Virus record (IMG/VR): IMGVR_UViG_3300048861_000025
Location: 1-42,805 of that record
Source: a virus
Lineage: Duplodnaviria; Caudoviricetes
Strand: one strand, 5' to 3'
Length of the DNA: 42,805 nt
The translations under genes were made by a program, and so were the position numbers. Below the pieces are notes generated by a model. It was not told the DNA's origin, did no database searches, and was given only the letters and a program-made list of their open reading frames with translations. This document shows, one piece after another, positions 1-7,654 of the stretch (within the stretch, counting starts at the first letter, position 1; every line of letters begins with the position of its first letter).

Positions 1-113
1 CCGGCTTTCGCGCGGCGCGCGAGTTGATCGATGCGGGATTGGGGAGCTAGAGAGGGGGTGTAGATCGCACGCACGTCCTGTCGAGATCAAACTCCGCACG
101 AGCGCCAAAACAA

Positions 114-147
114 AAACGGCGTTGTGAGATTTCTCACAACGCCGTTT
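114..147 (-). terminator. Intrinsic terminator downstream of the tRNA-His 3' end (host side)
   Basis: Long inverted repeat AAACGGCGTTGTGAGA/TCTCACAACGCCGTTT with a T-rich tail on the minus strand. Confidence 0.8.
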
Positions 148-173
148 GCAAAACAGTTACTGCTTGAATTCTT

Positions 174-221
174 TGGGGTGGCTGATGGGGCTCGAACCCA
201 CGACAACAGGAATCACAATCC
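174..221 (-). repeat. att site: 3' half of tRNA-His(GTG), anticodon arm to CCA
   Basis: Minus strand reads GGATTGTGATTCCTGTTGTCGTGGGTTCGAGCCCCATCAGCCACCCCA (GTG anticodon, TTCGA T-loop, CCA). No 5' half follows; lies just downstream of int. Confidence 0.92.
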
Positions 222-270
222 ATCCGTCAAAACTCATGCCAGCCATGCCCATCACGGCTTTCAGTTTCTG

Positions 271-337
271 ATTTCGGAACAAAACCGTGTTTTTGACTCA
301 CGGTTTTATGCGGGTCTCAGGGCATCCGTTCCGAAAT
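271..337. repeat. Nested inverted repeats between att and int stop (Int arm sites or RNA hairpin)
   Basis: ATTTCGGAAC 271-280 / GTTCCGAAAT 328-337 and AAAACCGTG 281-289 / CACGGTTTT 299-307. Confidence 0.55.
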
Positions 338-1554
338 TATTCTGTAGCTTTGGCCGCCTTTACCTTGCGGCGATCATAGTGTTGATGGGTCGTGCTTGGG
401 TTCGCATGCGCGGCAAAGTCGTAAGCGTCGTCATCGCGGTTTTCGAGCTTCGTGGTGATCGCTGCTGGCCGGATGTCGAGCATCGAGAAATAGGCTGGAT
501 GGTTTGTCAGTTGGAGATCCACCGTCTCACTTGTCGGATTGTCTCGGCGCCTTGCGATACGCTGTGCTGCCTCGCGTTTCTTCTTTTCCTCGTACTCGGT
601 GGCGATCGCTGGATCGAACCCGCCGATGTACGTGTACATGGCGTCCTGCCATACCGAGCCCCAGCCGCTCTTTGAATAGGGCTGTCCGCGACGATTCGGA
701 AACAGGAACAGGCTTGCCACCTTTCGGTCACGCTTCGCGCGCTCGACGACTACGCGCAGTCTGGTCGACCAGTGGCGCAACTTCAGCGTCTCGCTTTCTC
801 CCTTCTTGCGCTTGGCGTTGACGACTTTCACCCCCGCGTCGGTGATGCCGGCCATGTGATAGGGCCGAATCTCTGCTGCACGGAAGCCCGTCAAATAGCA
901 GAACATCGCGGCGAGGCCCATCGTCCGATAGGCCTGGTCCTGTCGCAGTGCCCACAGGTAGAACCGGACGATTTGCGAACGCTCGATCGTTCGAACGTCT
1001 TTGTCAGCCTGGTTCTGCATCAGCCCGACGAATGGGTTTGCCTTGATCACCCCCCAGCGCACGGCGTAGTTGCAGATCGTCTGCATCAGGGCCATATCTT
1101 TGTTGGCGCCAATCGGTGCGCCGGCCTTCGCGCGCTGGTCGAGATATTGATAGCCATGGAACGTTTCCAGGCTGTTCGGGGCCATGCGGCCGAAGAATTT
1201 GGTCAAGCGCTCATAGGCGCCATTGCGCACGCCCAAGCCGTCTTTCGATTGATCTCGGAAGTGAGTTGGCGCGATGTCCGTCTTGAACCGATCGATCATA
1301 TCCGCCACCGATCCTGCTATCACTTGGCCGGCCTGAATGTCGAGCGCCTTACGCTTCGCGCTCCGCTCCGCGATAGCGATCTCGGCCCGGTCGCCGCGCG
1401 GCGCGGTCGTCAGCGTCTCGCTACGACCGTCGGGGTACTTGTACCAAAACGAAATCTTCCGAGCGCCATATCGCTTGTACAGCCGATCGATGCCGGTCGA
1501 TTCGTTTGTGGCAACGTGATTCTCACGCGAAGGCTTGGAGGTTCGGGCCGGCAT
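337..1554 (-). CDS. int: Tyrosine recombinase (phage integrase)
   Basis: TGFRAAEI (Arg-I), KRK, LDIR (HxxR position), AH...HY (His and catalytic Tyr); adjacent to att. Confidence 0.93.
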   Translation of the reverse strand: MPARTSKPSRENHVATNESTGIDRLYKRYGARKISFWYKYPDGRSETLTTAPRGDRAEIAIAERSAKRKALDIQAGQVIAGSVADMIDRFKTDIAPTHFRDQSKDGLGVRNGAYERLTKFFGRMAPNSLETFHGYQYLDQRAKAGAPIGANKDMALMQTICNYAVRWGVIKANPFVGLMQNQADKDVRTIERSQIVRFYLWALRQDQAYRTMGLAAMFCYLTGFRAAEIRPYHMAGITDAGVKVVNAKRKKGESETLKLRHWSTRLRVVVERAKRDRKVASLFLFPNRRGQPYSKSGWGSVWQDAMYTYIGGFDPAIATEYEEKKKREAAQRIARRRDNPTSETVDLQLTNHPAYFSMLDIRPAAITTKLENRDDDAYDFAAHANPSTTHQHYDRRKVKAAKATE

Positions 1555-1750
1555 CGTATTTCGCTGAGTTCTTTTCTGTTGTGAGGCCGAGTTTGTGGTC
1601 TCGGTATTCGCGCGCGACCTTTGGAAGACCGTTCTTGTCGACGACGAAGCGCCAGTGGTTATCCTTGAGCCAGTGGGCCATAGCGGCCCGCTGATTAGGT
1701 TTGCAGCCGACGAGGTCGGCCAGCTCCTGCGCTGATAGGTAGTCGCTCAT
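1523..1750 (-). CDS. Excisionase-like protein (DUF4224-like)
   Basis: YLSAQELADLVG...WL...GLPKV pattern; overlaps the int start. Confidence 0.8.
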   Translation of the reverse strand: MSDYLSAQELADLVGCKPNQRAAMAHWLKDNHWRFVVDKNGLPKVAREYRDHKLGLTTEKNSAKYDAGPNLQAFA

Positions 1751-1834
1751 TTCACACCCCAGTGTTTGCGCGTGGTTTCAATCATTCGTTGTGCTGCTGC
1801 GGTCATGCTAGGATTCAGAAAAATCGGGGGTTGC

Positions 1835-2023
1835 ATGGATTTCTTTAAAAACATCAAACTCAGCCTTGAAGCTAGCGGTCCTGCGGCCGTTATTTGCGTG
1901 TGGCTTCTTTGCTTCACTCTGGTCGCCATTTTTGCGACTGGAGATAACGCTAAACTTGCACTGTCTGGGCTAGCGTTTTTCGGGGGGCTCATCATGGTCG
2001 GCCTTGGCTCCAAGGTCCGGTAG
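1835..2023 (+). CDS. 62-aa two-TM membrane protein (antisense moron)
   Basis: MDFFKNIKLSLEASGPAAVICVWLLCFTLVAIF...LALSGLAFFGGLIMVGLGSKVR; lower GC; GGGGG upstream of ATG. Confidence 0.6.
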   Translation: MDFFKNIKLSLEASGPAAVICVWLLCFTLVAIFATGDNAKLALSGLAFFGGLIMVGLGSKVR

Positions 2024-2389
2024 CTTCTGCGCCGCCAGCAATCTTCGTAACTGCTCCACGACAGCTTGGTTGTCGTCACGCCACTCTTTCCAACTCTCGT
2101 CGGTGAGCTTCCAGCTGATCCAGTCGGCGTGATCCGGCTTCGCGTCAAACGGCTTGCGACGCGTCGCGCAGCGGTCGCACAGTTGCGGGCCGAACGCAGA
2201 GCACGTCATGTGACGGCCGCAGAAGTAGAGGCCGCAGCCGCGCTCACCGCCGTACGGCTCGCCACCACAGACATACGCGAGGCCCCGGTCGATCGTTGAG
2301 GTGCAATTTGGGTGATCGCAGGTGGCCGGCACGCCGTAGCCGATGTCGCGATTCCAGTTGCTGTCGAATCCTATGCTCCAGCCCATCAC
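1970..2389 (-). CDS. Conserved Cys-rich phage protein
   Basis: RDIGYGVPATCDHP..C...IDRGLAYVCG...GCGLYFC..H; ATGA coupling to upstream gene. Confidence 0.8.
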   Translation of the reverse strand: MMGWSIGFDSNWNRDIGYGVPATCDHPNCTSTIDRGLAYVCGGEPYGGERGCGLYFCGRHMTCSAFGPQLCDRCATRRKPFDAKPDHADWISWKLTDESWKEWRDDNQAVVEQLRRLLAAQKLPDLGAKADHDEPPEKR

Positions 2390-2697
2390 GCACCCCGCTG
2401 TTGAGAAAGGTGGTCAGCGATCACCTGCATGCGATCCCAGCGCTGCTTGTCAGACTCGCTGCACGTGTCTCGCGACGATCCGAGGAATGTTTGCTCGGAC
2501 TCAAGGTCGGCGATCATCTTCGCCAAGGCGTCCCTCTGTGCTGGCTGCGTCGCCGTGGCTTGCCGACCGTGCTCACGAATCGCATCGAGGCTGGCTCGTA
2601 CCGTTGCTGAGTTGAGACAGGCCTTGAACATCAGGCAAGCGCCATACGGGTGGTATTCGGCCGGTTCGCACGGCATGCCGCATTCCTGGCAGATCAT
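2386..2697 (-). CDS. Hypothetical phage protein with N-terminal CxxC...HP...C
   Basis: ATG 2697 overlaps the previous stop (ATGA), GGAG upstream. Confidence 0.7.
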   Translation of the reverse strand: MICQECGMPCEPAEYHPYGACLMFKACLNSATVRASLDAIREHGRQATATQPAQRDALAKMIADLESEQTFLGSSRDTCSESDKQRWDRMQVIADHLSQQRGA

Positions 2698-3686
2698 GAT
2701 TGCTCTCCGTTTGTGGCTTGCGGGGATGCGGCGCGGTCGATCGTTTCGATGGCTCGGCGAACCATTTCTCGCCATACGGGGCCGGTCGAAATCAATGCGC
2801 CTGAAAGCTGATCGCGCACGTCTGCCAACGCCGCCCGCTCATCGTCCAGCACCACGGGAGCCTTCTCGCCGCATTCCACGCATACGCGATCCGATCGCAC
2901 GTAGTCGTGCGCGCACGGCTCGCCAGCTTCCACGGTCTGTGCTGGCTGCGGGGCGGCGAATAACTTATCGCGTAACGTCTTCAGCGCCGAAATACTCGGC
3001 AGTAGCTTGATAGCCTCATTGAGTGCATTTCGCTCATGCGCATCTAACGCAATCGCCTCCCCCGATTGCGCTGGCGCGGCACCGATAAACGAAAGCAGAT
3101 GCTCGGCACAGTTGCGCACGACCGGCGCGAAGTCTCCGATGTTGTCGATCCCGCTCAGGCTGTTGTGGCCGATCGTGAGAACGTCGACAGCGTTCACGTT
3201 GACCGTGACTGACCAACCCTGAATATCGTCCGGGTCAGGCCGTTCCGATTGCGCTGGCGCTGCTGCATCGGTGGGATGCGAGGGGGATTGCAGCGCGGCG
3301 CGGGCTGCGATGAATTCCCGCGCATGGTCGATCCATTCAGGGCGCGGCTCACCTTTCGCAAATGAATACAGGTCACTCAAATCAGCGTCGGTCAACGCCG
3401 CCCCGCGCTCGTCCTGCGCATCCGCCGAGGGGGCGTGCGCGATCCTCTTTTTGCCGCTCCATGCGTTGTATTGCGCTTCCGTAACGGTGGTCCAATTGCC
3501 GCCAGCAGAAACTTGATGCACCTGCGGCGCGGCAGGTTTGCTTGCAGATAGCAGGGCGCGGGCGAATGCGATGATTTCTGAATCTTCTACTTCGTCACCG
3601 AAACGCTCAGCAGGCGTGTCGTACCACATCTGCATAATCTGTTCGTCTGTCATCATCGCTCCGTCGATGGTTGTGGGTGCGGTCAT
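2694..3686 (-). CDS. Mosaic early phage protein with Ala/Pro linkers (Ea22/Eaa-like architecture)
   Basis: ATG 3686 coupled to the HNH stop; repeated AAPAQS, AAPQ and DER(G)AAL linkers. Confidence 0.72.
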   Translation of the reverse strand: MTAPTTIDGAMMTDEQIMQMWYDTPAERFGDEVEDSEIIAFARALLSASKPAAPQVHQVSAGGNWTTVTEAQYNAWSGKKRIAHAPSADAQDERGAALTDADLSDLYSFAKGEPRPEWIDHAREFIAARAALQSPSHPTDAAAPAQSERPDPDDIQGWSVTVNVNAVDVLTIGHNSLSGIDNIGDFAPVVRNCAEHLLSFIGAAPAQSGEAIALDAHERNALNEAIKLLPSISALKTLRDKLFAAPQPAQTVEAGEPCAHDYVRSDRVCVECGEKAPVVLDDERAALADVRDQLSGALISTGPVWREMVRRAIETIDRAASPQATNGEQS

Positions 3687-4084
3687 GTGGCGGCCTTTGC
3701 GATTCGCTCGAAATAGAACGTAACGGTCGCACCGGTTTCCTGCACGAGACCAAACCGGCGCGCGTGCCGAAACGTCGGGTAGTTCTTCGTCAGCACTTCG
3801 ACTGAGCGCGAGAGTTTCTGCCGCCAGTTTTCGAGCGACATCGCGTGCTTGTCGATGTTGCACGGAGGACATGCCGGCATGAGATTGCCGATGTGGTCGT
3901 TCTCGGGACGCCAGAGTTCGCCGGTCGGCACGAAGCCCCTGCCGGGAACAATGATCATCTTCCGATTCACTGATTCGACGTGGTCTGCGTGCCAGCGATC
4001 GGATAATGCCTCGCCGCAGTAAGCGCAGCGGCCATTGAACATCTGGCGAACCTGCTCACGTTGCGCTTTGGTCAAGCGGCTCAT
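3683..4084 (-). CDS. HNH endonuclease
   Basis: CAYCG...ADH...NLMPACPPCNIDK. Confidence 0.9.
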   Translation of the reverse strand: MSRLTKAQREQVRQMFNGRCAYCGEALSDRWHADHVESVNRKMIIVPGRGFVPTGELWRPENDHIGNLMPACPPCNIDKHAMSLENWRQKLSRSVEVLTKNYPTFRHARRFGLVQETGATVTFYFERIAKAAT

Positions 4085-4632
4085 GCCTGCCCCCCGGCAG
4101 ATGAAGCAGGGGCTGCGTTCTCGATAAACTCGTCTGCGATCAGCGCGAACTGCTCTTGGAGGTAGTCAGAGGTTTTCTCGTTGATCTTGAACGTCGCCCG
4201 AATAACCCTGACGCGGGATTGGCGGTCATATGTCATCCCCATGTCGGAGCAGTGGGCAAGCAGCTTTGCGAGCCGATCACTCGCCCGCACCGCCTCTGCC
4301 TGCTCTGCGGTGGGGGCGTATTCCGGGTGGCGGGCAATGAATGCCGGAAGTGCTGCCTTGAACGTCTCGACGTATTGGGCTCGGGCTTGGCCCCAGTTGA
4401 GGTCGCACTCGTCAATCATCTCGTCCGGCATGTCTTCGTCGGGCACCTCGTAGGTGAAAAGCTGCTCGATGCCAGACAGGCAGTCCGAACGGCGCTTCAT
4501 GCTTTCGAGGTTCGTCAGCAGGATGCTCGGCGTCCGGGCGAGCGCGCCCATCCCGACGAGGTCATAGACGCGTTGCAGGGTTTCTGCCTGCTCGGCGATG
4601 ATTTGTGTCGGCACTGCGTCTTCATTGCTCAT
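4081..4632 (-). CDS. Hypothetical phage protein
   Basis: 183 aa ORF, AAGGAG SD, stop overlaps HNH start. Confidence 0.7.
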   Translation of the reverse strand: MSNEDAVPTQIIAEQAETLQRVYDLVGMGALARTPSILLTNLESMKRRSDCLSGIEQLFTYEVPDEDMPDEMIDECDLNWGQARAQYVETFKAALPAFIARHPEYAPTAEQAEAVRASDRLAKLLAHCSDMGMTYDRQSRVRVIRATFKINEKTSDYLQEQFALIADEFIENAAPASSAGGQA

Positions 4633-5401
4633 GGTCTCTCACTCCTTGTTCGGTTGCTTCGCGCGCTGCGCGGATGAACTCTGCTGCGACTTCCGGGCTG
4701 ATCGCGTTACCAATGGCGCGCAGTCGTCCCACTCGACCGGAATTCCCATCAACCAGTATCGGAATGTCGTTGACTTGAGCAGGTCCCGGCGGCCAAGGTC
4801 CACGCATTGATCGCAAAGGTTCGCCACGTGCAGCCGGCCATTCTTCCCGCGGCGAATCCGATTTCCTTTGCCCGACTCTCCCTTGCCGTCCCGCGTAGTC
4901 GGCGTCTGCCACCCACCAAAACCTGTCTCTTTCCTGTGGAGCGCCCACGCTTGCAACTGGCAGAACCGACGCCCCGCAGGAGTAACCGATACCTTCCAGG
5001 TCAGTGAATACAAGATCGAGCCAAGCCCTTGCAGCCGGACTCGTAACCTGCTCCCCATAAAGCCGACGAGGTCTTCGCTGATGGATGAGCCAGTGTGCGG
5101 AAGGCCATAAGTGCCGCTCGTCAGCAAACCCTTCTCCTTTGCCTGCCGCGCTGAAAGGTTGACAGGGGCATGACAAGGTCCAGACCTCTTCATCTGAACA
5201 ACCGGCGATATTGAGGGCGTAGTCCCAAAGTCCGATTCCTGCAAACAAGTGAACTCGTCGGTATCCAACAAGCTCATCTGGGTATATATCCTCGATCGAT
5301 CTGTCACAAATCACCCCTGGGGTTATCAGTCCCGCATCCATAAGATTGCTTAGCCAATCGCAGCAGTATTTTTCGATCTCGTTGTAGAAAACGCCGGGCA
5401 T
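4622..5401 (-). CDS. C5-cytosine DNA methyltransferase, large (alpha-like) chain, permuted motif order
   Basis: YNEIE (II), DRSIEDI (III), LFAGIG (I), SCPCQPFS (IV), GEQV (VI), QERDR (VIII), IGNAI (X); no motif IX. Confidence 0.92.
   Translation of the reverse strand: MPGVFYNEIEKYCCDWLSNLMDAGLITPGVICDRSIEDIYPDELVGYRRVHLFAGIGLWDYALNIAGCSDEEVWTLSCPCQPFSAAGKGEGFADERHLWPSAHWLIHQRRPRRLYGEQVTSPAARAWLDLVFTDLEGIGYSCGASVLPVASVGAPQERDRFWWVADADYAGRQGRVGQRKSDSPREEWPAARGEPLRSMRGPWPPGPAQVNDIPILVDGNSGRVGRLRAIGNAISPEVAAEFIRAAREATEQGVRDHEQ
4639..5307 (-). CDS. Nested alternative-frame protein, probable small (beta-like) methyltransferase chain
   Basis: 222-codon same-strand ORF wholly inside the MTase; WQTPTTRDGK and motif-IX-like FRYWLMGIPVEW. 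Confidence 0.72.
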   Translation of the reverse strand: MTDRSRIYTQMSLLDTDEFTCLQESDFGTTPSISPVVQMKRSGPCHAPVNLSARQAKEKGLLTSGTYGLPHTGSSISEDLVGFMGSRLRVRLQGLGSILYSLTWKVSVTPAGRRFCQLQAWALHRKETGFGGWQTPTTRDGKGESGKGNRIRRGKNGRLHVANLCDQCVDLGRRDLLKSTTFRYWLMGIPVEWDDCAPLVTRSARKSQQSSSAQRAKQPNKE

Positions 5402-5465
5402 TTATTTCCTCTTCGCGCAGCAACTGCGCGGCGTATGGGTCAATCTCGTTGTAGTAAGCGGCCAT
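5304..5465 (-). pseudogene. Relic 5' end of a second methyltransferase allele / 53-aa leader ORF
   Basis: MAAYYNEIDPYAAQLLR mirrors the MTase N-terminus; 12-bp repeat ATCTCGTTGTAG at 5376-5387 and 5443-5454. Confidence 0.6.
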
Positions 5466-5490
5466 GGTTTCGCGCGCTGCGCGGATGGGG

Positions 5491-6108
5491 TTAGGCGGCG
5501 CAGTAGCGCGCTTCGAACGATTCGAGATCCATCTTCGGTACATACGGCCCATCGCCGAAGCGGTATTCAGAAAAACCTTGTGCACCGGGAAACGTGAAAT
5601 ATGCGAGGCACTTCACACCGTGGCCGGGCTTAGAGGCCTCAAGCTTGTTGCCATAGACGTGCACCGATTCGATCTTGCATCCTGGAAACTTCGTCTCGAC
5701 CAGCTCAATAAGCGCTGCCTGCGCGTCGACGTTCATGCGCTCGCTGGCATCGTGACGGGCAAGGCACTCTTGCGAGCAGAAGACCTGTTGAGCGCGAACC
5801 ACATAGGTGCCTTCATCGATCACAGATCCGTCAGCAGCGCGAAAGCTGTCGTCGGAAACGGTTGTTGTGCAGCCGTGACATTCGAACCACCAGCCGTCAG
5901 CGATCAGCACGTCATTCGGCACCGGCCCTGGTGCGTACTGGTCATAGCTCGGCGCACGGCGACAGGATTCAACGTCTTCCCAGCACGAATCCAGTTCGTT
6001 TGCGCCGTCACGGCGAGCCGCCGCTGAATTCGTTGCGAAGACGATGCAGCTAAATGCGTCATGCGTCTCGACGTCGACTCTGTAGGCCTTGATGGATTTG
6101 CCGCTCAT
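5491..6108 (-). CDS. Conserved Cys-containing phage protein
   Basis: IVFA...AARR.GA.E...CRRAP..D.Y, WFECHGC, FCSQEC; GAGG SD. Confidence 0.78.
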   Translation of the reverse strand: MSGKSIKAYRVDVETHDAFSCIVFATNSAAARRDGANELDSCWEDVESCRRAPSYDQYAPGPVPNDVLIADGWWFECHGCTTTVSDDSFRAADGSVIDEGTYVVRAQQVFCSQECLARHDASERMNVDAQAALIELVETKFPGCKIESVHVYGNKLEASKPGHGVKCLAYFTFPGAQGFSEYRFGDGPYVPKMDLESFEARYCAA

Positions 6109-6158
6109 GCTCGCCTCAATAGAAGGGTTTATTCGTGTGGCGGATATTCGAAACTAGT

Positions 6159-6902
6159 TCACGCGAATTCGAGGCCGGGTTGACGCCTGCGCTCGACCTG
6201 CGACGCCATGCTCTGCGGATCGTCTTCGCAGCCAATGAAGTGCCGGCCAAGCTGATGCGCAGCGATGCCCGTGCTGCCAGATCCCATGAACGGATCGATT
6301 ACGACGCCGCCGTGCGGCACCGAGTAGGCGATCAGCGGCGCGATGATGCCGAGCGGCTTCTGCGTCGGATGGACCGCTTTGCCGTGCTCGTTCGCGACGT
6401 CGATCACGCTGCGCACGAGGCGCGGACCGCCGTCTTCGCTGACGTAGTGGCCGGCGTCGATATGGCCGGTGTGCGTTGGTCTCGTCTTGCGGCGCACGAC
6501 CTTTGCTCGTGCGTCGTTCGTGTATTGCGGCTCTTTGAACACGTCGGCCCACGCGCCGCGGTAGAACTGGATCGCATGCTCGTGGACCCGGCGGAATCGG
6601 TCAGCGTGAAAGCCGGAACCGTTTTGCTTCTCCCAGACGATGTCTTGTGCGTACACGAAGCCGTTCGTGCGCATTTCCTCGAACAGGTCTGCGATGAAGC
6701 GCATGCTGCCGAAGACCCAGATGCTGGCGGCCGGCTTCAGCACGCGCGACACGTGGCCAATCCAACCGGCACAGCGCCGATCCCAAATCAGGCTCGTGTC
6801 ACCGTAAGGCGGGTCGGTGATGCACGCATCAGCGACGCCGTCGGGCATTTGCTTCATCAACTCGCGACAGTCGCCGAAGTGGCATTGATCGATCCAGTTC
6901 AC
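6159..6902 (-). CDS. N6-adenine/N4-cytosine DNA methyltransferase (beta class)
   Basis: TDPPY ... HPTQKP ... DPFMGSGST; GTG 6902 with GGAGG SD. Confidence 0.93.
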   Translation of the reverse strand: MNWIDQCHFGDCRELMKQMPDGVADACITDPPYGDTSLIWDRRCAGWIGHVSRVLKPAASIWVFGSMRFIADLFEEMRTNGFVYAQDIVWEKQNGSGFHADRFRRVHEHAIQFYRGAWADVFKEPQYTNDARAKVVRRKTRPTHTGHIDAGHYVSEDGGPRLVRSVIDVANEHGKAVHPTQKPLGIIAPLIAYSVPHGGVVIDPFMGSGSTGIAAHQLGRHFIGCEDDPQSMASQVERRRQPGLEFA

Positions 6903-6991
6903 TTCTTCCTCCGTGCATGTAACCAACCCAAACCCACACCCACTGCTACCGCTCCCAATACGGAGAGAGCGAACCATTCGAGAGCGGACAT
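6899..6991 (-). CDS. 30-aa single-TM peptide MSALEWFALSVLGAVAVGVGLGWLHARRKK
   Basis: Fills the gap exactly (TGAATG upstream, GTGA overlap downstream); hydrophobic core and basic tail; below ORF-track cutoff. Confidence 0.65.
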   Translation of the reverse strand: MSALEWFALSVLGAVAVGVGLGWLHARRKK

Positions 6992-7654
6992 TCAGGTGAC
7001 TCGCTTGAACTCGACGACCCAGACCCAAGGGTTTGCGGCCCAGTCGGCGCCCGGCGCGGCGAGGCTATCCCAGAGGTCGCGATACCAAGGCAACGGGAAG
7101 CAGTCGCGCGGCCACCCTTCGGAAATCGCATCGGCTTCGCTGATGTCCTGCAACCGCTCGACTCGCACGCCAGTGACTTCGAGCGTGATGCGCGACGCCC
7201 AGCGCGGCATGAAACGCGCGTGCCTGTATCGACCCGCAGCAGGCTCGCGATCATGAGGTGGTGTGGTTGTGTGCTCCCAATTGCGGCGCGCGGTATCGGC
7301 TTCGTACTGGATCGGGGCCCACGGGGAGCGATACCCGGCATCGAGGCAAAGTTCGGCAATGCGCGCCCCACTGTGTGCGTCAAGATCGGACGTGCTACGC
7401 CACGCCTCGCGCACCCACAGACGGTCACCGGGCTTTCCAAACGGGCATTGGATGTGGTCGCTTACCACGTGTGCGGAGCTGCACCACGCCCATTTGCCGG
7501 TTGGCTCGTCCGCGCCGCGCGCTTCGTCATCCCCACGAAACTGAAAAATGTGGTGAGCGCCGGCTGGCTTCACGACACGCCGCGTCTGCGTCTTGCTACC
7601 GTCGAGCTGAGCGCGCACCATCGGGCCGCTGAAGAGGATCGGACGTTCTTTCAC
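6992..7654 (-). CDS. ASCH/PUA-like conserved phage protein
   Basis: ERPILFSGPMVRA.LDG.KTQTRR...GDRLWVRE...FMPRWASRITLE...NPWVWVVEF; GTG 7654 overlaps upstream stop. Confidence 0.88.
   Translation of the reverse strand: MKERPILFSGPMVRAQLDGSKTQTRRVVKPAGAHHIFQFRGDDEARGADEPTGKWAWCSSAHVVSDHIQCPFGKPGDRLWVREAWRSTSDLDAHSGARIAELCLDAGYRSPWAPIQYEADTARRNWEHTTTPPHDREPAAGRYRHARFMPRWASRITLEVTGVRVERLQDISEADAISEGWPRDCFPLPWYRDLWDSLAAPGADWAANPWVWVVEFKRVT

Noticed and set aside
174-221. Functional tRNA-His gene
   Set aside because: Only the anticodon arm to CCA is present; the 5' half is replaced by phage sequence, so it is an att duplicate
124-675. 183-aa plus-strand ORF
   Set aside because: Crosses the terminator, att site and antisense int; no recognisable motifs
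3683-6902. Complete restriction-modification system
   Set aside because: Genes lie in the repressed PL operon and the HNH is a common small phage type; no evidence for a cognate restriction enzyme
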